NCBI GenBank assembly: GCA_012295275.1
Contig: CM022676.1
Span: 7,130,001 to 7,194,000, forward strand
DNA: 64,000 bases
Direction of reading: 5' to 3'
DNA from: Chrysomallon squamiferum
Lineage: Eukaryota; Animalia; Mollusca
In this document: piece after piece, positions 45,337-58,054 of the stretch
How the letters are laid out: each line of letters begins with the position of its first letter
Position numbering within the stretch: position 1 is the stretch's first letter
Translations under genes and position numbers: made by a program
Notes under the pieces: model-generated
Database searches by the model: none
Told to the model about the DNA's origin: nothing
What the model saw: only the letters and a program-made list of their open reading frames with translations

Positions 45337-45957
45337 CAGCATGAATAATAACAACTAATTGATCATTTTGAAAAGACGCCCCCATTAAAATCTTCCGCTC
45401 AGCTTAGTCCGCAGTGGTTGCGATTGCTCCGTGCATTTGAAGTGGATCAAAGTGAAGAAAAATGAAGAAGAAGAAGAAGAAAAAAAAAAAAAAGAAATTT
45501 GAAGAGATGTTCATTTTTCGGTCTTCGTTAATCGATATGTTGGATGGATGGATGGATGGATGGATGGAAAATGGTGGAAGTGATAATGGGTTGTAGTAGT
45601 AGTAGCAGAAGAAGAAGAAGATGAATGACAAATAGTTTTGATGTGTGTAATATCTTGTGCATGTTCTGAAGTTGTTGTTTTTTTATGATGGTAATTTTGT
45701 AATATTCTTCTTTCACTTGGGTTTGAACAAAAGGTTTTATGTCGTTGCTTATCTGAAAGGGACTAAATTAAGTTGGAGTGGTTGTTAGTTTATATAAAGA
45801 GTATGGAAGTTTAATGATGTCCTTAGACCTCATTACATTTTGCCTATACTTCGAGCCTTATGTTCTATACAAATGTATAATGTGTGTATGCATTTATATG
45901 TGTGTGTGTGTGTGTATGTAGAAAACAGATCATAATTAAATATTTATTGTTTGTGGG

Positions 45958-46005
<48 letters not shown>

Positions 46006-47282
46006 TAGTAAAACAGAAACAGACAAGATCAAAAAGAGAGAAGGAGAGAAAAAAAAGACAGACCAGAAGTAAAGAAATACACCAAGAGAGACAGAAGAAA
46101 AGAACATATGAAAAACACAGAGAAAAATGGAGTAAGATAAAAAGAACGAATGAAAGAGATACAGAAGGAAAGAAAGTGCAAAAAACAGAGAGACAAATGA
46201 AGATGGATAAAAAGAGGCTATAAAAGAGACACGAAAAGAAAAAAGTTCAAAAGCCAGAACAAAAAAAAAAAAAAAAAAAAAAAAAGATGTAATAAGATAA
46301 AAAAAAAAATGGTATGAAAGAGAGACAGATACAGAAAGACTGGAACCTTTATTAAGAACACATCTGATTAAAACTATTACAGCAAACAGTCTATATATAT
46401 ATATATATATATAACACCACTCGGAAATCATTTCAAGTGGGATTGATGATTTATTCCACTTTCGATGATTACTTACTTTGTATATCTCCATTCTGAAACG
46501 AACGTACAGAAATGTCCTTGTCAGCGATGTGTGGATTTTTGATCAATAGCAGCTCAGTAGAAACTCTTTCATCAAGGAGGCAAAAAAAAAAAAAAAAGAC
46601 ATGATTTTTGTTTATTTTTTTGTCTGACAAATGCCGAATACACATCATTTTTGTGGTGTGTTTGTCTTTACGAAGGTTTGAAGTGAGAGAGTGTGTGTGT
46701 TTGTTTCTGGAGTTATTGTGTTTGCCTGGGTGTCATGGGATTGAGTTTCTTCACACTGTTACTTGTATCATTTATTGCTATTTATTTCCCATTCTGACCA
46801 GTACTCTGTGATTGATGTGTGAAATGATAGTTTTTTTTTTTTTTTTATTGATGTTTCTGTTTTTAGGATTTTTTAAATTTTATTCTATTTATTTATTTTT
46901 TTAATATTTTTCCCATTCTAACCAGTTCCCTGTGACAAATGCATAAAAGAATAGGTTTCTGTTTTCAGAGGCATTTTAAGTTGTTATTTTCATGTTTTAG
47001 TTTTTTATTTTTTTTTTTTTTACATCTTAGATACCAAGATCTTTGAAATTTTCAAAAAAATGTATATCCTCAACAGCTTGTTTTGCTATTTTTATGTTTT
47101 TACTATTTGAACATATGTTAATGATAAATTATAGATGATACTTATTTTTAGAGACTTTTTTATTTTTTTTTTAATTTTTGACATTTTAGACATCAAGTTG
47201 ATATATTTTTCATTTAAATCTACTTAATTAAAAAGTAATGAAAGTTGATGACTTATGTGACATCCAGACAAACTGTATATCA

Positions 47283-47550
47283 GATTTATTTTTACGGAAT
47301 TTAATTTATTTAGTTTTTACTACGTAGATATCAAATTTAAAAAAAATTAAAAAATATATCAAAATAAATAAATGAAAAAGGTTTTATTATTAATAAATTA
47401 TTTGACACCAGTGTCAATTCATATTTATTTTTATGGATTTAATTTATTTCATTTTTTACTACTTAGATAGCAAATACTAAAAAAGAATTTAAAAATACTT
47501 AAATAAATGAAAACGGTTTTATTATTAATATATTATTTGACACCAATGGC
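47283..47550. repeat. ~135-bp direct duplication (2 copies)
   Basis: AAATAAATGAAAA.GGTTTTATTATTAATA.ATTATTTGACACCA twice; TTTGACACCA at 47401 and 47536. Confidence 0.85.
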
Positions 47551-47766
47551 AATTTATATTTCATATTTCAATTTTTTTATTTTATTTTATTTTATTTTTT
47601 TTTTTTTTACAAATATATATTAATTTTAGTTTTAGAAGACAAATTAACATATATTATTATATTTTTTTTTATATTATCGGATTTCATGTTATGGGCAAAT
47701 TATGTTTCTTATTTATTTTTAGTCAGTTTGGTTTTATTATTATTATTATTATTTTAGCTTCTTACC

Positions 47767-47838
47767 AAAAAAAAAAATGAAGTTAAATTTATATAGGATA
47801 TGAAAATCCTATATAAATTTAACTTCATTTTTTTTTTT
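47767..47838. repeat. Perfect inverted repeat, 33-bp arms, 6-nt loop
   Basis: A11-TGAAGTTAAATTTATATAGGAT / ATGAAA / ATCCTATATAAATTTAACTTCA-T11. Confidence 0.95.
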
Positions 47839-48525
47839 TATTTTTTTTTTTATTTTATCCTGCCTTTGGTACCAACTCTTACATAATTTTTTTTTTTTTT
47901 AATTTTCACGTAGCCTATTTTCTATATTTTATATTTTGTAATTAATTCATATATTTTCTTAATTAATTAATTAAATAATTTATTTATTTACTTACTTATT
48001 TATTTATTATCATTATTTATTTGTTTATTTATTTATTTCTAAAGGTTTTTATTTACTTAATTATTTATTTATTATCATTATTTATTTGTTTATTTATTTT
48101 TTTTATTTTTTTATTTATTTATTTATTTATTTACTTATCTATCATTATTCTTTCAATTTTCTTTTTGTTTTGACAGCAAGTACACGCTACATTTCATACT
48201 CATTTCTGTTCATTTTTATGTTTACCGTCTTTTTTTATTCAACATTATATTTACGGCTTATGTTTTTTTTTCTTCTTCTTCTTCTTCTTCTTCTTCTCTG
48301 TGGTCTATTACTCGTGACTGCTCTGCTATGCTATTTTTGCGAGAAATGAGCCGATTCACAACACAAGAGTCGATTCGCAGTGTGAGGTGATTCATTGCAA
48401 ACATAGCATGTTGCTTGGTCATTTGTCAGCTCAAAGAAGTTTTTTTTTTTTACCCCATGATATGGAAATTGAAAACTTTCAGAGCTAATCCTGTGACTTG
48501 TAGTATATATTACAACACACACTCA

Positions 48526-49535
48526 AGTGGTAAATATTTGTAGTATGTTACATCTCACATTTCTAGTACTTGTATTTTACTGGTGTAAAATATTTCTAGT
48601 ATTTTATAATGTTTATCTCACAAACAACTAGTAAATATTTGAAATATGTTACATCTCACATTTCTAGTACTTGTATTTTACTGGTGTTAATAGTTCTAGT
48701 ATTTTATGATGTTATCTCACAAACAACTAGTAAATATTTGAAATATGTTACATCTCACATTTCTAGTACTTGTATTTTACTGGTGTAAATAGTTCTAGTG
48801 TCTTATAATGTTATCTCACAACCAACTAGTACATATTTGTAATATGTTACATCTCACATTTCTAGTACTTGTATTTTACTGGTGTAAAATAGTTCTAGTA
48901 TTTTATAATGTTATCTCACATGCAACTAGTAAGTATTTGTAATATGTTACATCTCACATTTCTAGCATTTGTATCTTAGTGGTGTAAATATTCCTGGTAT
49001 TTTATAATGTTATCTCACATGTGTTAAATATTTGTTCTAGTATATTTATAGTGTTAAATATTTCTAGTATCTTATAATGTTATCTCTCAACCAACTAGTA
49101 AAATATTTGAAATATGTTACATCTCACATTTCTAATACTTGTATTTTACTGGTGTTAAATATTTCTAGTATTTTATAATGTTATCTCACATGCAACTAGT
49201 AAGTATTTGTAATATGTTACATCTCAGATTTCTAGTACTTGTATCTTACTGGTGTTAAATATTTCTAGAATCTTATAATGTTATCTCTCAACCAACTAGT
49301 AAATATTTGAAATATGTTACATCTCACATTTTTAGTATTTTGTATTTTTCATGTTTTATAGTAGTATCTTATAATGTTATCTCACAACCAACTAGTAAGT
49401 ATTTGTAATATGTTACATCTCACATTTCTAGCACTTGTATCTTAGTGGTGTAAATATTCCTGGTATTTTATAATGTTATCTCATATCCAGCTAGTAAATA
49501 TTTGTAATATGTTACATCTCACACTTTTAGTACTT
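48526..49535. repeat. ~99-bp tandem repeat, ~10 copies
   Basis: CAACTAGTA anchors with TAGT at 48629, 48728 and 48827; unit contains ATATGTTACATCTCACATTTCTAGTACTTGTATTTTACTGGTG. Confidence 0.95.
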
Positions 49536-49668
49536 AAAACATATTGTGGGCAAATTTTATTTTTTTAAATATTTCTACTGAAGATTAAATTTCTACTGTT
49601 ACATGCTTATAGTGAAGCAAAAAGTACATTTAACATTTTATCATGTGTACAGTTATGAAAGATTTAGA

Positions 49669-49729
<61 letters not shown>

Positions 49730-50609
49730 ACATACATAGACATCTACACATATACATATATATGCATGTGTGTGTGTGTATGTGTGGATACATATATACA
49801 TACTCTTGTATACACTGACAGACACACACACACATACACACATTCTATCTCTCACAAACACTTACAATCAATCATGTATATATATATATAGATACACACT
49901 AATACTGTTTTAACTTACACTTCATTTACTACAAAAGAAAAGGAAAAAGAAAAATAATCGCGTCAGACTCCTAACCACACACTGATCTCCTCTTATTGGA
50001 GTCCCGATCATTAAATCATACAATGGGGAGGCAATTTTTATTAATAAATTTTTTTCATTATAATTCATTAGATTTGGCACGTTTCCTAGACTGCGTATCG
50101 TTATCAGGATGTGTGATACATTCCGTATTAGACAACAACAAATTCTCTCATTATCCGTCCAATATTCACAATTATTCATGCCATTGTTGTGAGCTGGGTT
50201 TTTACTTTGCATCCAATTAGGACTCAAACTGGTGCAATTACATTGTTCTTAATTTTCGCTCCTTTGCTAAGCAGAAAATTGGGTTTTAGTTTCGATGAAA
50301 AATGGGCTTAGTAATTGGACAAATATTTGACACATTTTTAGCGTGTCTTTGTATCATGGAGATGTTAAGATTTGGATGAATATTTTATTCTCGCGAACGT
50401 ATTTTTATTACCAGTGGAAAATAACTCATGAAAAAAATTTCTGATGAATTCTGGAATCAGTCCTCCGTGATTTTGTGAAAAAAAGAAAGAGATAATTTTT
50501 AGATGATTGTCGAAGTTTGTTAAGATGGGATGTTGCATTTATTAGTCGAATTGACGAATTATGTAGTTTTAATTCCATAATAATGAGTTTTATTTTGTGT
50601 CGCCAGTGA

Positions 50610-50945
50610 ATTTCTTATTTTCAGTTTGTGTAGAATGATGTGAAAATGCATTTATTATTTTCAGTCTTATTGCATGATGACCAGACAGAAAGAAAATAGC
50701 AGTCACATTTTCAGTTGTGCAAGACAAAAATAAATTTCACATTTTCAGTTTTATTATTTAATACAATGAAAAGAAAAAGTAAGTTTTATTGAGAAAAAAA
50801 AAAAAATTTTTTTTCAGTTTTGATGCATGTTACACATAAAAATCATTTTGACATTTATTCCAAAATAAATTACACATTTTCATTTTATTACATAAAACAA
50901 CAGGAAAACAAAATTTTATATTTCACTTTTATTGCATAACACAAC
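50610..50945. repeat. Degenerate ~40-bp repeat
   Basis: ATTTTCAGTTTTATTGCAT-like motif recurring. Confidence 0.55.
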
Positions 50946-51339
50946 ACAAGAACAATGAATTTCTCATCCCCCAATTTAATTGTGTACTCGTCATGGAAAC
51001 GTGAGTACACACAAAGTGATGACTAATCAGATTGTGGTTTTCATCACTTAGTGCAATTGTTGGGTGCTGAACTCAATTAAGATTTGTGTGCATATCACAG
51101 AATCGGCTGCTTTCTCTGGAGACCAGGCCATTTGGTCATCTGTTTAATTGCATTCAGTCCGTCTTGTATTGTAAATCTTTCTCTGACCTTTTTTCATTCT
51201 TATTTTTATTCTTATTTTTATTCTTTTTTTTTATTCTTATTTTTATTATATTTTCAGAATGTTATGTAACATACAATGTCCAAAAATTTATTCTTTAGAA
51301 ATTAATATATATATATATATATATTCATTATCATATTAT

Positions 51340-51760
51340 ATTATGTTACAGTACAAAGGTACCTCTTGGACTTTTTGATTTTTCAAAACTTTCATAGATT
51401 ATTTTTAATATAAACTTTATATTTAACTTCAATTTTCATATGTATTACAACACAAAATCTTCTCTTGAAATTTCAGATTTAAAAAAAAAAAAGATCATAA
51501 TATTTAACTTTAATTTTCAACTATGTTACAATACAAAAGCACATCTTGGAAATTTTGATTTTAAAAAATTTGTTCTTTCAAATCATTTCATACATCTTAC
51601 AACACAAAAACACTTCTTGGATCTTTCGATGTTTAAACACTTTGAAATTTTTTTTTTTTTTTTTTTTGAATATTTACATTTAACACACATTATCGTCCAC
51701 CTTGACGTGCGTCTTACAATAGAAAGACATCTCGTGGACATTTTGCATTTTTAATAAAAT
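51340..51760. repeat. Degenerate ~75-120-bp repeat
   Basis: TTACAAYACAAA...CTTGGA..TTT.GATTT recurring ~5 times. Confidence 0.55.
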
Positions 51761-52084
51761 TTCGCTCTTATTGAATTATCACTCGTATTTAACTTTCGTT
51801 ATCACACATCATACAATACGAAAACGCCCCTCGGTCTCTGTGTGCTACACACTGGGAGTAACACTGCAGTGTTTCTTTTGAATTACCACTGATACAGCTT
51901 TTCTCTTCACACCTTATTGGTGATGGCGAATCCACTTAAAGTTTCTACTTTATTTCTGTTGACAAAGGCACAGGCTCGGAGGAAAAAAATCTATTTCTGC
52001 TGTTTGGCTAACATTTCTGCGAGTTTGTTCAGTTGATTCAAGCTGCAAGATGTCAGTCAATATATCTACTGATGGGACACAATT

Positions 52085-53465
52085 TAACTTGAATAGAAAA
52101 TTTTTGGGTTCGTTGGTTAGAATGCTCATGTAAGGGGTAATCTTTGGGTAGCTAGGTTTGAAATTGTTTGTTTTTGAATAGAATGTTGGTTCATTGGTTA
52201 GAATGCTCATGTAAAGGATAATCGTTGGGTAGCTAGATGGGAAACCATTCTGTCTTGATTAGAATGTTGGTTCATTGGTTAGAATGCTCATCTGAGAATA
52301 TTTGGTTCTAATATCTTTGGGTAACTAGGTGGAAAATAATTTATTTTTCAACAGAATATGGTTCCTTGGTTACAATGCTCATCTAAGGGAAGTCTTTGGG
52401 TAACTAGATGGGAAACCATTTTGTCTTGATTGGAATGTTGGTTCATTGGTTAGAATGCTCATCTAAAGATAGATGGATCTAAACACTAAGGGTTACTTCT
52501 AGGAAACTAATTTGTCTTGAATGGAATATGGTGTATTGGTTAGTATGCTCATCTAAAGGTATTTGGATCTAATATCTTATGGTGTCTAGGTGGGAAATCA
52601 TTTATTTTTGAATAGAATATGGTTCCTTGGTTAGAATGCTCACCTAGAGGAAATCTTTGGGTAGCTAGGTTGGAAATCATTTGTCTTGAACAGAATGTTG
52701 GTTCATTGGTTAGAATGTTCATCTAAGACTAGGGGATCTAATATCTTTGGGTAGCTAGTTAGGAAATCTTTTGTTATAAATAGAATATAGTTCCTTGGTT
52801 AGAAAAAGTTCATCTAGTCTGTCTGAGTTACTGCTAGAAGCAAACTTATCTTGAATGGAATATATTTTATTGATCAAAAAAATCATCTTAGGACAGATGA
52901 TCTAGATGTTTTGGGTTCATCTAAGGGTGTATGGATATAAATTTTCTGGGTTACATTTGTGAGAACATTTTATCATGAATAGAATGTGATTTTTCTAGTT
53001 CGAATGTTTATCTAAGGAGAGATGGATGTTATTTCTTTTGGTAGTTAGGTTGGACATAATTTATCTTGAATATAATATGGTTCATTGGTTAGAATGCTCA
53101 TCTAAGGATACATGGATGTAAACTCTATGGGTTATTTCTGGGAGAACATTTTATATTGAATGGAATATAGTTTATTGGTTAGAATGTTCAAGTGTAGATC
53201 GATCTAATTTTTTTTGTTTATGTTAAATCTGTCAGACATGTAAATTTTTGTGGTTTATGGTTCATCATGTGTACTGCTCATCTGTAGGAAGCTGGATCTA
53301 ATCTCTTCAGTTGACTACTAGAAGATTAATTTATCTTCACTGAATATAGTTCACTGGTTAGAATGTTTCTGATTTGTTTTTATAAATCTAATGATAGTCT
53401 GTTGCTTACTTCTGGGAGACCAAATTATCTCAAATAGTTCATTGGTTAGAATGCTAGTGTAAGGA
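52085..53465 (+). repeat. ~80/91-bp tandem array, ~15 copies, probably derived from the SINE tRNA head
   Basis: Anchor GGTTCATTGGTTAGAATGCTCA at ~52107, 52188, 52269, 52360, 52440, 52531, 52621, 52700, 52790 ... 53436. Confidence 0.9.
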
Positions 53466-53779
53466 TCAACACATCCAAATAACATATATGAATAGAAATA
53501 TATACAATAACTGTTAGTATTTGACAGTTTAAGAATCGTTAATACTAAGAATACATTGACCTGTTGTTGAGGAAATATTCACTGCTTCATAAATCCACTG
53601 TTGAGAGATGGTTTATCTCCTGTTGTGGTTTTTGTTGGGTTCTGTGAATTGGATTACAGTCAAAGCCATACAAAGACTCGGTGGATTAAATCTGGACAGA
53701 AATGTCAGATATGATATTAAGTGATTATTAGTAAGCCTGTTAAATAATCACTCAAGTATTTCGTACGGGAATAATAAAC

Positions 53780-54105
<326 letters not shown>

Positions 54106-54440
54106 TGAGAGTATGGGTTTGAGAATAAATACTTGAATGTATTAGTGTGTATACTGAATGTATTTGTTAGTGTTTATAAAAGACTTGTGTGAGAGTACTT
54201 ACTGTTTATGTGTGTATATATGTATGTATGTGTGTTTGTGTGCATGTATGCGTTTGTGTGCATGTATGCATGTGTGTGCATGTTTTGTGGATGCATATTG
54301 TGAATATATGTGTGAATGTGCTAGTATTAAAAAAAAAAAATCAATTTTATACTCTTAGTTACATAACTATAATCCCTGAATGTCCACTGACTTCTATTTC
54401 TCAAAAATAAAATTCTAAAAATAATAAAAAAAACAACATC

Positions 54441-54571
54441 AGTATTGAATCAAATGAAAACCAGTGAGAGGAACGAAATACTCTGCAGCCATAATATTAT
54501 TTTCTTTGATATATATATATATACTTAAAATATTTCATTCCTCTCACTGGTTTCCATTTTGGTTTAATACT
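54441..54571. repeat. Imperfect inverted repeat, ~40-bp arms, 50-nt spacer (MITE-like or hairpin)
   Basis: AGTATTGAATCAAATGAAAACCAGTGAGAGGAACGAAATA vs reverse complement of right arm AGTATTAAACCAAAATGGAAACCAGTGAGAGGAATGAAATA. Confidence 0.9.
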
Positions 54572-55059
54572 ATAGAAATTCCACCACAGTAATCAAAGCA
54601 CCGCAGTAGCTGTCATTAAATCTTATTAAATGTTACAGATTTAGATTTCATTGTGATTTTTCTAAACACTCAGGTTTCTCAAGATCCCCAGATAAAGATT
54701 TTATTTTGCTTTTGGTTAGAAGATTTGTAATATTTTTTAATTTCCTCCCTAATATTAAAAGTCACTCAAATATATGTCAGTCTCTGATGTCCCAATATTA
54801 ATTTAATTGAATGTGAATGACAGCTCCCCAAATAAAATCTAAATGCCGATATTAATTTTTTTTTTCTCCTTATTTCATCTTCTTTTTTAATATTTCTCAT
54901 TCTGTTTTTTTTTTTCTTTTTCTTTTTCTTTCTTTATTATGTTTGACTTTAACTACTTGCGTAAAATCTTTTTCAGCTGAAATTTATTATTATTTTTCTT
55001 TATTTACTTTATGCTTGCTTGCTTTTTTTTTTTTTTTTTGTCAGCATTTCATTCCAGTA

Positions 55060-55168
55060 TCATCATCACTGTAATCATCATTACCATCATCATTATTTTT
55101 GCAATTATTATTACTACTACTACTACTACTACTACTACTACAACTAGCTATTATTATTATTATTATTA

Positions 55169-55202
<34 letters not shown>

Positions 55203-55228
55203 CACCACCACTACTACTACTGCTATTA

Positions 55229-55261
<33 letters not shown>

Positions 55262-55383
55262 TCATCACCACCACCACCACTACTGCTGCTACTACTACTA
55301 CTACTACTATTATTATTATTATTAATATTAGTATCATCATCATTCATCATCATCATCATCATCATCATCACCACCACCACCAT
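55060..55383. repeat. Mosaic trinucleotide repeat (TAC/TAT/TGT/CAT/CAC) with a duplicated block
   Basis: Ordered TAT-TGT-CAT-CAC-TAC series occurs twice. Confidence 0.9.
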
Positions 55384-56309
55384 CGATATTCACATATTCG
55401 TATTACACACACCCCTCCCTCCATGTTTTCTTCACCCACTAGGCTCATTTCCTGTTAATAGATATTACTTGTTGATTTCCTCCAAACTGTGGAGAGCACC
55501 TCGCCTGCCAGCATTGGTCGTGAATGCGGGTATTATTGATATCGTTTTAATTGGATTGTTGTGATCCGTCTGCTGACCATCTGCGGATATGACACATTGT
55601 AAGATGCATGTTTATTAAATTTCCTTCTCGAGAACTCTTTAATTAGACATTTAATAACAAATCCCGATCGGCCATGTTTCTCTCCGCTCAGGCAGAAAAT
55701 GGCTTCTGAGCTGGAGATAATCCTGCAGGATTTTTTTTTCTTGCCTGTCTGCAGAAAATTGACTGTTTTAGAGATCATTATATAGGATTTTCATTTTTAT
55801 TTTTATTTTTCTGTTAGGTGTTCAGACGTAGTGCAGTAAGCTGGTAATTTATAAGATTAGAACTCGCTGAACTGTGCACAGAGTCTGGTCAAAAGTGAAT
55901 CGACCTGTAGTGTTGTTGTTGCTGTTGTTGTTGTTGTTGTTGTTACTTGTATTGTTCTTCTTGCTTCTGTTATTGTTGTTACTTATATTGTTGATGTAGC
56001 TTTTATTGTTGTTATTGTTGTTACTTATATTTTGTTGCTGCTGTTATTGTTGTTGTTTGATGATGTTGTTGTTATTAATTGATTACTGTTATTCTTATTA
56101 TTGCTACTGATTTTATTATTTTTAGTGTTGGTGGTGTTATTTTCAGTATCATCATCATCATCATCATCATTTATCATTATCTTGACCATTATCATCACTG
56201 CCATTGTTATTAAAAATCATTATCAACATCAACATCATCATTATGATGATTTATTTTATTAGTAATACTATTACCATTGTCTATCATTATTTTTTTTATT
56301 ATTGTGGAA

Positions 56310-56432
56310 GCAAGCTTTGTGGTAAGAACTCATGTTTCAGGGATGGTTGATTATGGGTTCAGTTCTCCTTCATACTGTAATTAGGATATTATCTGATCTA
56401 ACCCATGAGTCCTATAGTCCCAACTGATTTAT
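56310..56432 (+). mobile_element. Highly decayed SINE copy
   Basis: AGCTTTGTGGTAAGAACTCA...GGGTTCAGTTCTC (A-/B-box-like) followed by a core-like tail. Confidence 0.35.
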
Positions 56433-56468
56433 CTCTGTCTCTCTGTCTCTGTCTCTGTCTTTTTTCTT

Positions 56469-56511
<43 letters not shown>

Positions 56512-56920
56512 GCTTTGTTTAGGTAATATTTTTCAAATTTTTTTATTAAAATATTAACATACAGCTTAAGTAGCTCGCATCAGAAATGTTTTGGTGATGG
56601 AAATTTTTAAGGAAAAGAAAACAGAAACAAACTAGATTAACTTTTTCAGAACAGAAACTGTAAAATACAGCCAGTCTTAATTCTAGGTTTTTGACATAAT
56701 TGAAAAAATCTAACAGAGTGACTGTCTTTAAGAACTGAAACATACTAAATATTGTCATTGAGTTCAGATGAAGAAGACATTTTGAACACAGTGGAATATG
56801 AAATCGGGTTTCTTTTCTAGCACTGTTCAGCGAGACTACATTCGCGTCTGCTGCAATCAAACGCAGCGTTTGACATTTCGCACTGCTGGTGCTGCATCGG
56901 CACGGGACTTAGACGAGATT

Positions 56921-56940
56921 AACGCCACCTGGTGGCCAAT
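56921..56940 (-). promoter_or_regulatory. CTCF-like binding motif
   Basis: Minus strand TTGGCCACCAGGTGGCGTT matches the CTCF core TGGCCASYAGRKGGCR; lies in the CpG-rich island 56800-57200. Confidence 0.6.
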
Positions 56941-57638
56941 TTGAAAAATTGAATTGCATCGAGCCGATAGAAACACAGACCAATTTGATTTGATGCTGTA
57001 GATTCGACAGAAAGGTGTTGAATCAGACATTCGGGGAAAATATCATCAAAAATGCACGTTAGTCAAAATGAGATGTGTAATTACATCAATTATTGAAATG
57101 CGTTTTTCATCGCGTCGACACACAGGCTGTTGCGTTAATATACGCCGATGTTGAAATATAAAAAAATATCTGACACGGCTAGCATCAGACCAGCAGTTCG
57201 GGGGGGAGGGGGAGGGTAGACACGGGGGGGGTAGGATGCTTGCATGTACTGGCTGCTGCTGGGTGGTGGTGGAATTAATTTTGCCAAAAATTTTGGTATT
57301 GGCTTGCAGTGGTTATTGTTATTTGATCAAGATGGGAGGGGGGGGGTTTGATGTACATTTCCATGGCAACGATATGCAAGAAATATATTTTTTTTTTTTT
57401 TTTTTTTTGTTTCCCGATAGTTAATTTATGAAAGCCATGCTCCTTTCATTTAATGTTCCTCTTCTTCTTCTTCTTTTTTTTTTGTTGTTGTGCTTTGCCT
57501 AATAAAAATAATATTTGATAAATGGCAGGAGTGACGGAAATCAAAGGCGATCGATGGAGGTTAGAATCAGGTGTGTAATTAAAATTGTGTAAAGTGAAGA
57601 GAAACACTGAAAGCCTGCTGACAGCTGGGAAGAAAAAT

Positions 57639-57860
57639 GGACTGTGGCTCAGTGGTTAGAGCTCTCTCGCCTGACACATGACGGGTAAACATCAGTAAAT
57701 CATCACATTTCTCAATTTCCCATTCCAGCCAAAGTCTCGTATCTATTTTTTATTTTTTATTTTTTTTTTTGCGAATGTCGTGATTTTTTCATTTTACCGT
57801 TTATGGGTAGGTGTATAAAAAAATGTTTCTTCCTGCTAGTAGATAAAAAATAATTCATAA
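57639..57860 (+). mobile_element. Most complete SINE copy (tRNA head plus core)
   Basis: GGACTGTGGCTCAGTGGTTAGAGCTCTCTCGCCTGA...TTTCCCATTCCAGCCA...GTTTATGGGTAGGTGTATAAAA...CCTGCTA. Confidence 0.7.
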
Positions 57861-58054
57861 TAGTTGGTACATCAAGATTTTTCTTTAGAAATAAGCAGTA
57901 CATACACTATGATTTTTTTATGCCTATTTTCTCAGAAATGTATTTTGGTCAGTTTGAAATGTATTAAGTATAGCTAATGTTATGATAGCACAGAATGGAA
58001 ATTAACCACTCATTTTTACACAATATTTCTTGATCAGTAGTTAAACTCATTAGC

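Noticed and set aside
57639-57720. Possible tRNA genes (also 25107, 29302, 22449)
   Set aside because: Only A-box or B-box fragments; no acceptor, anticodon or T stems; several continue into SINE core sequence
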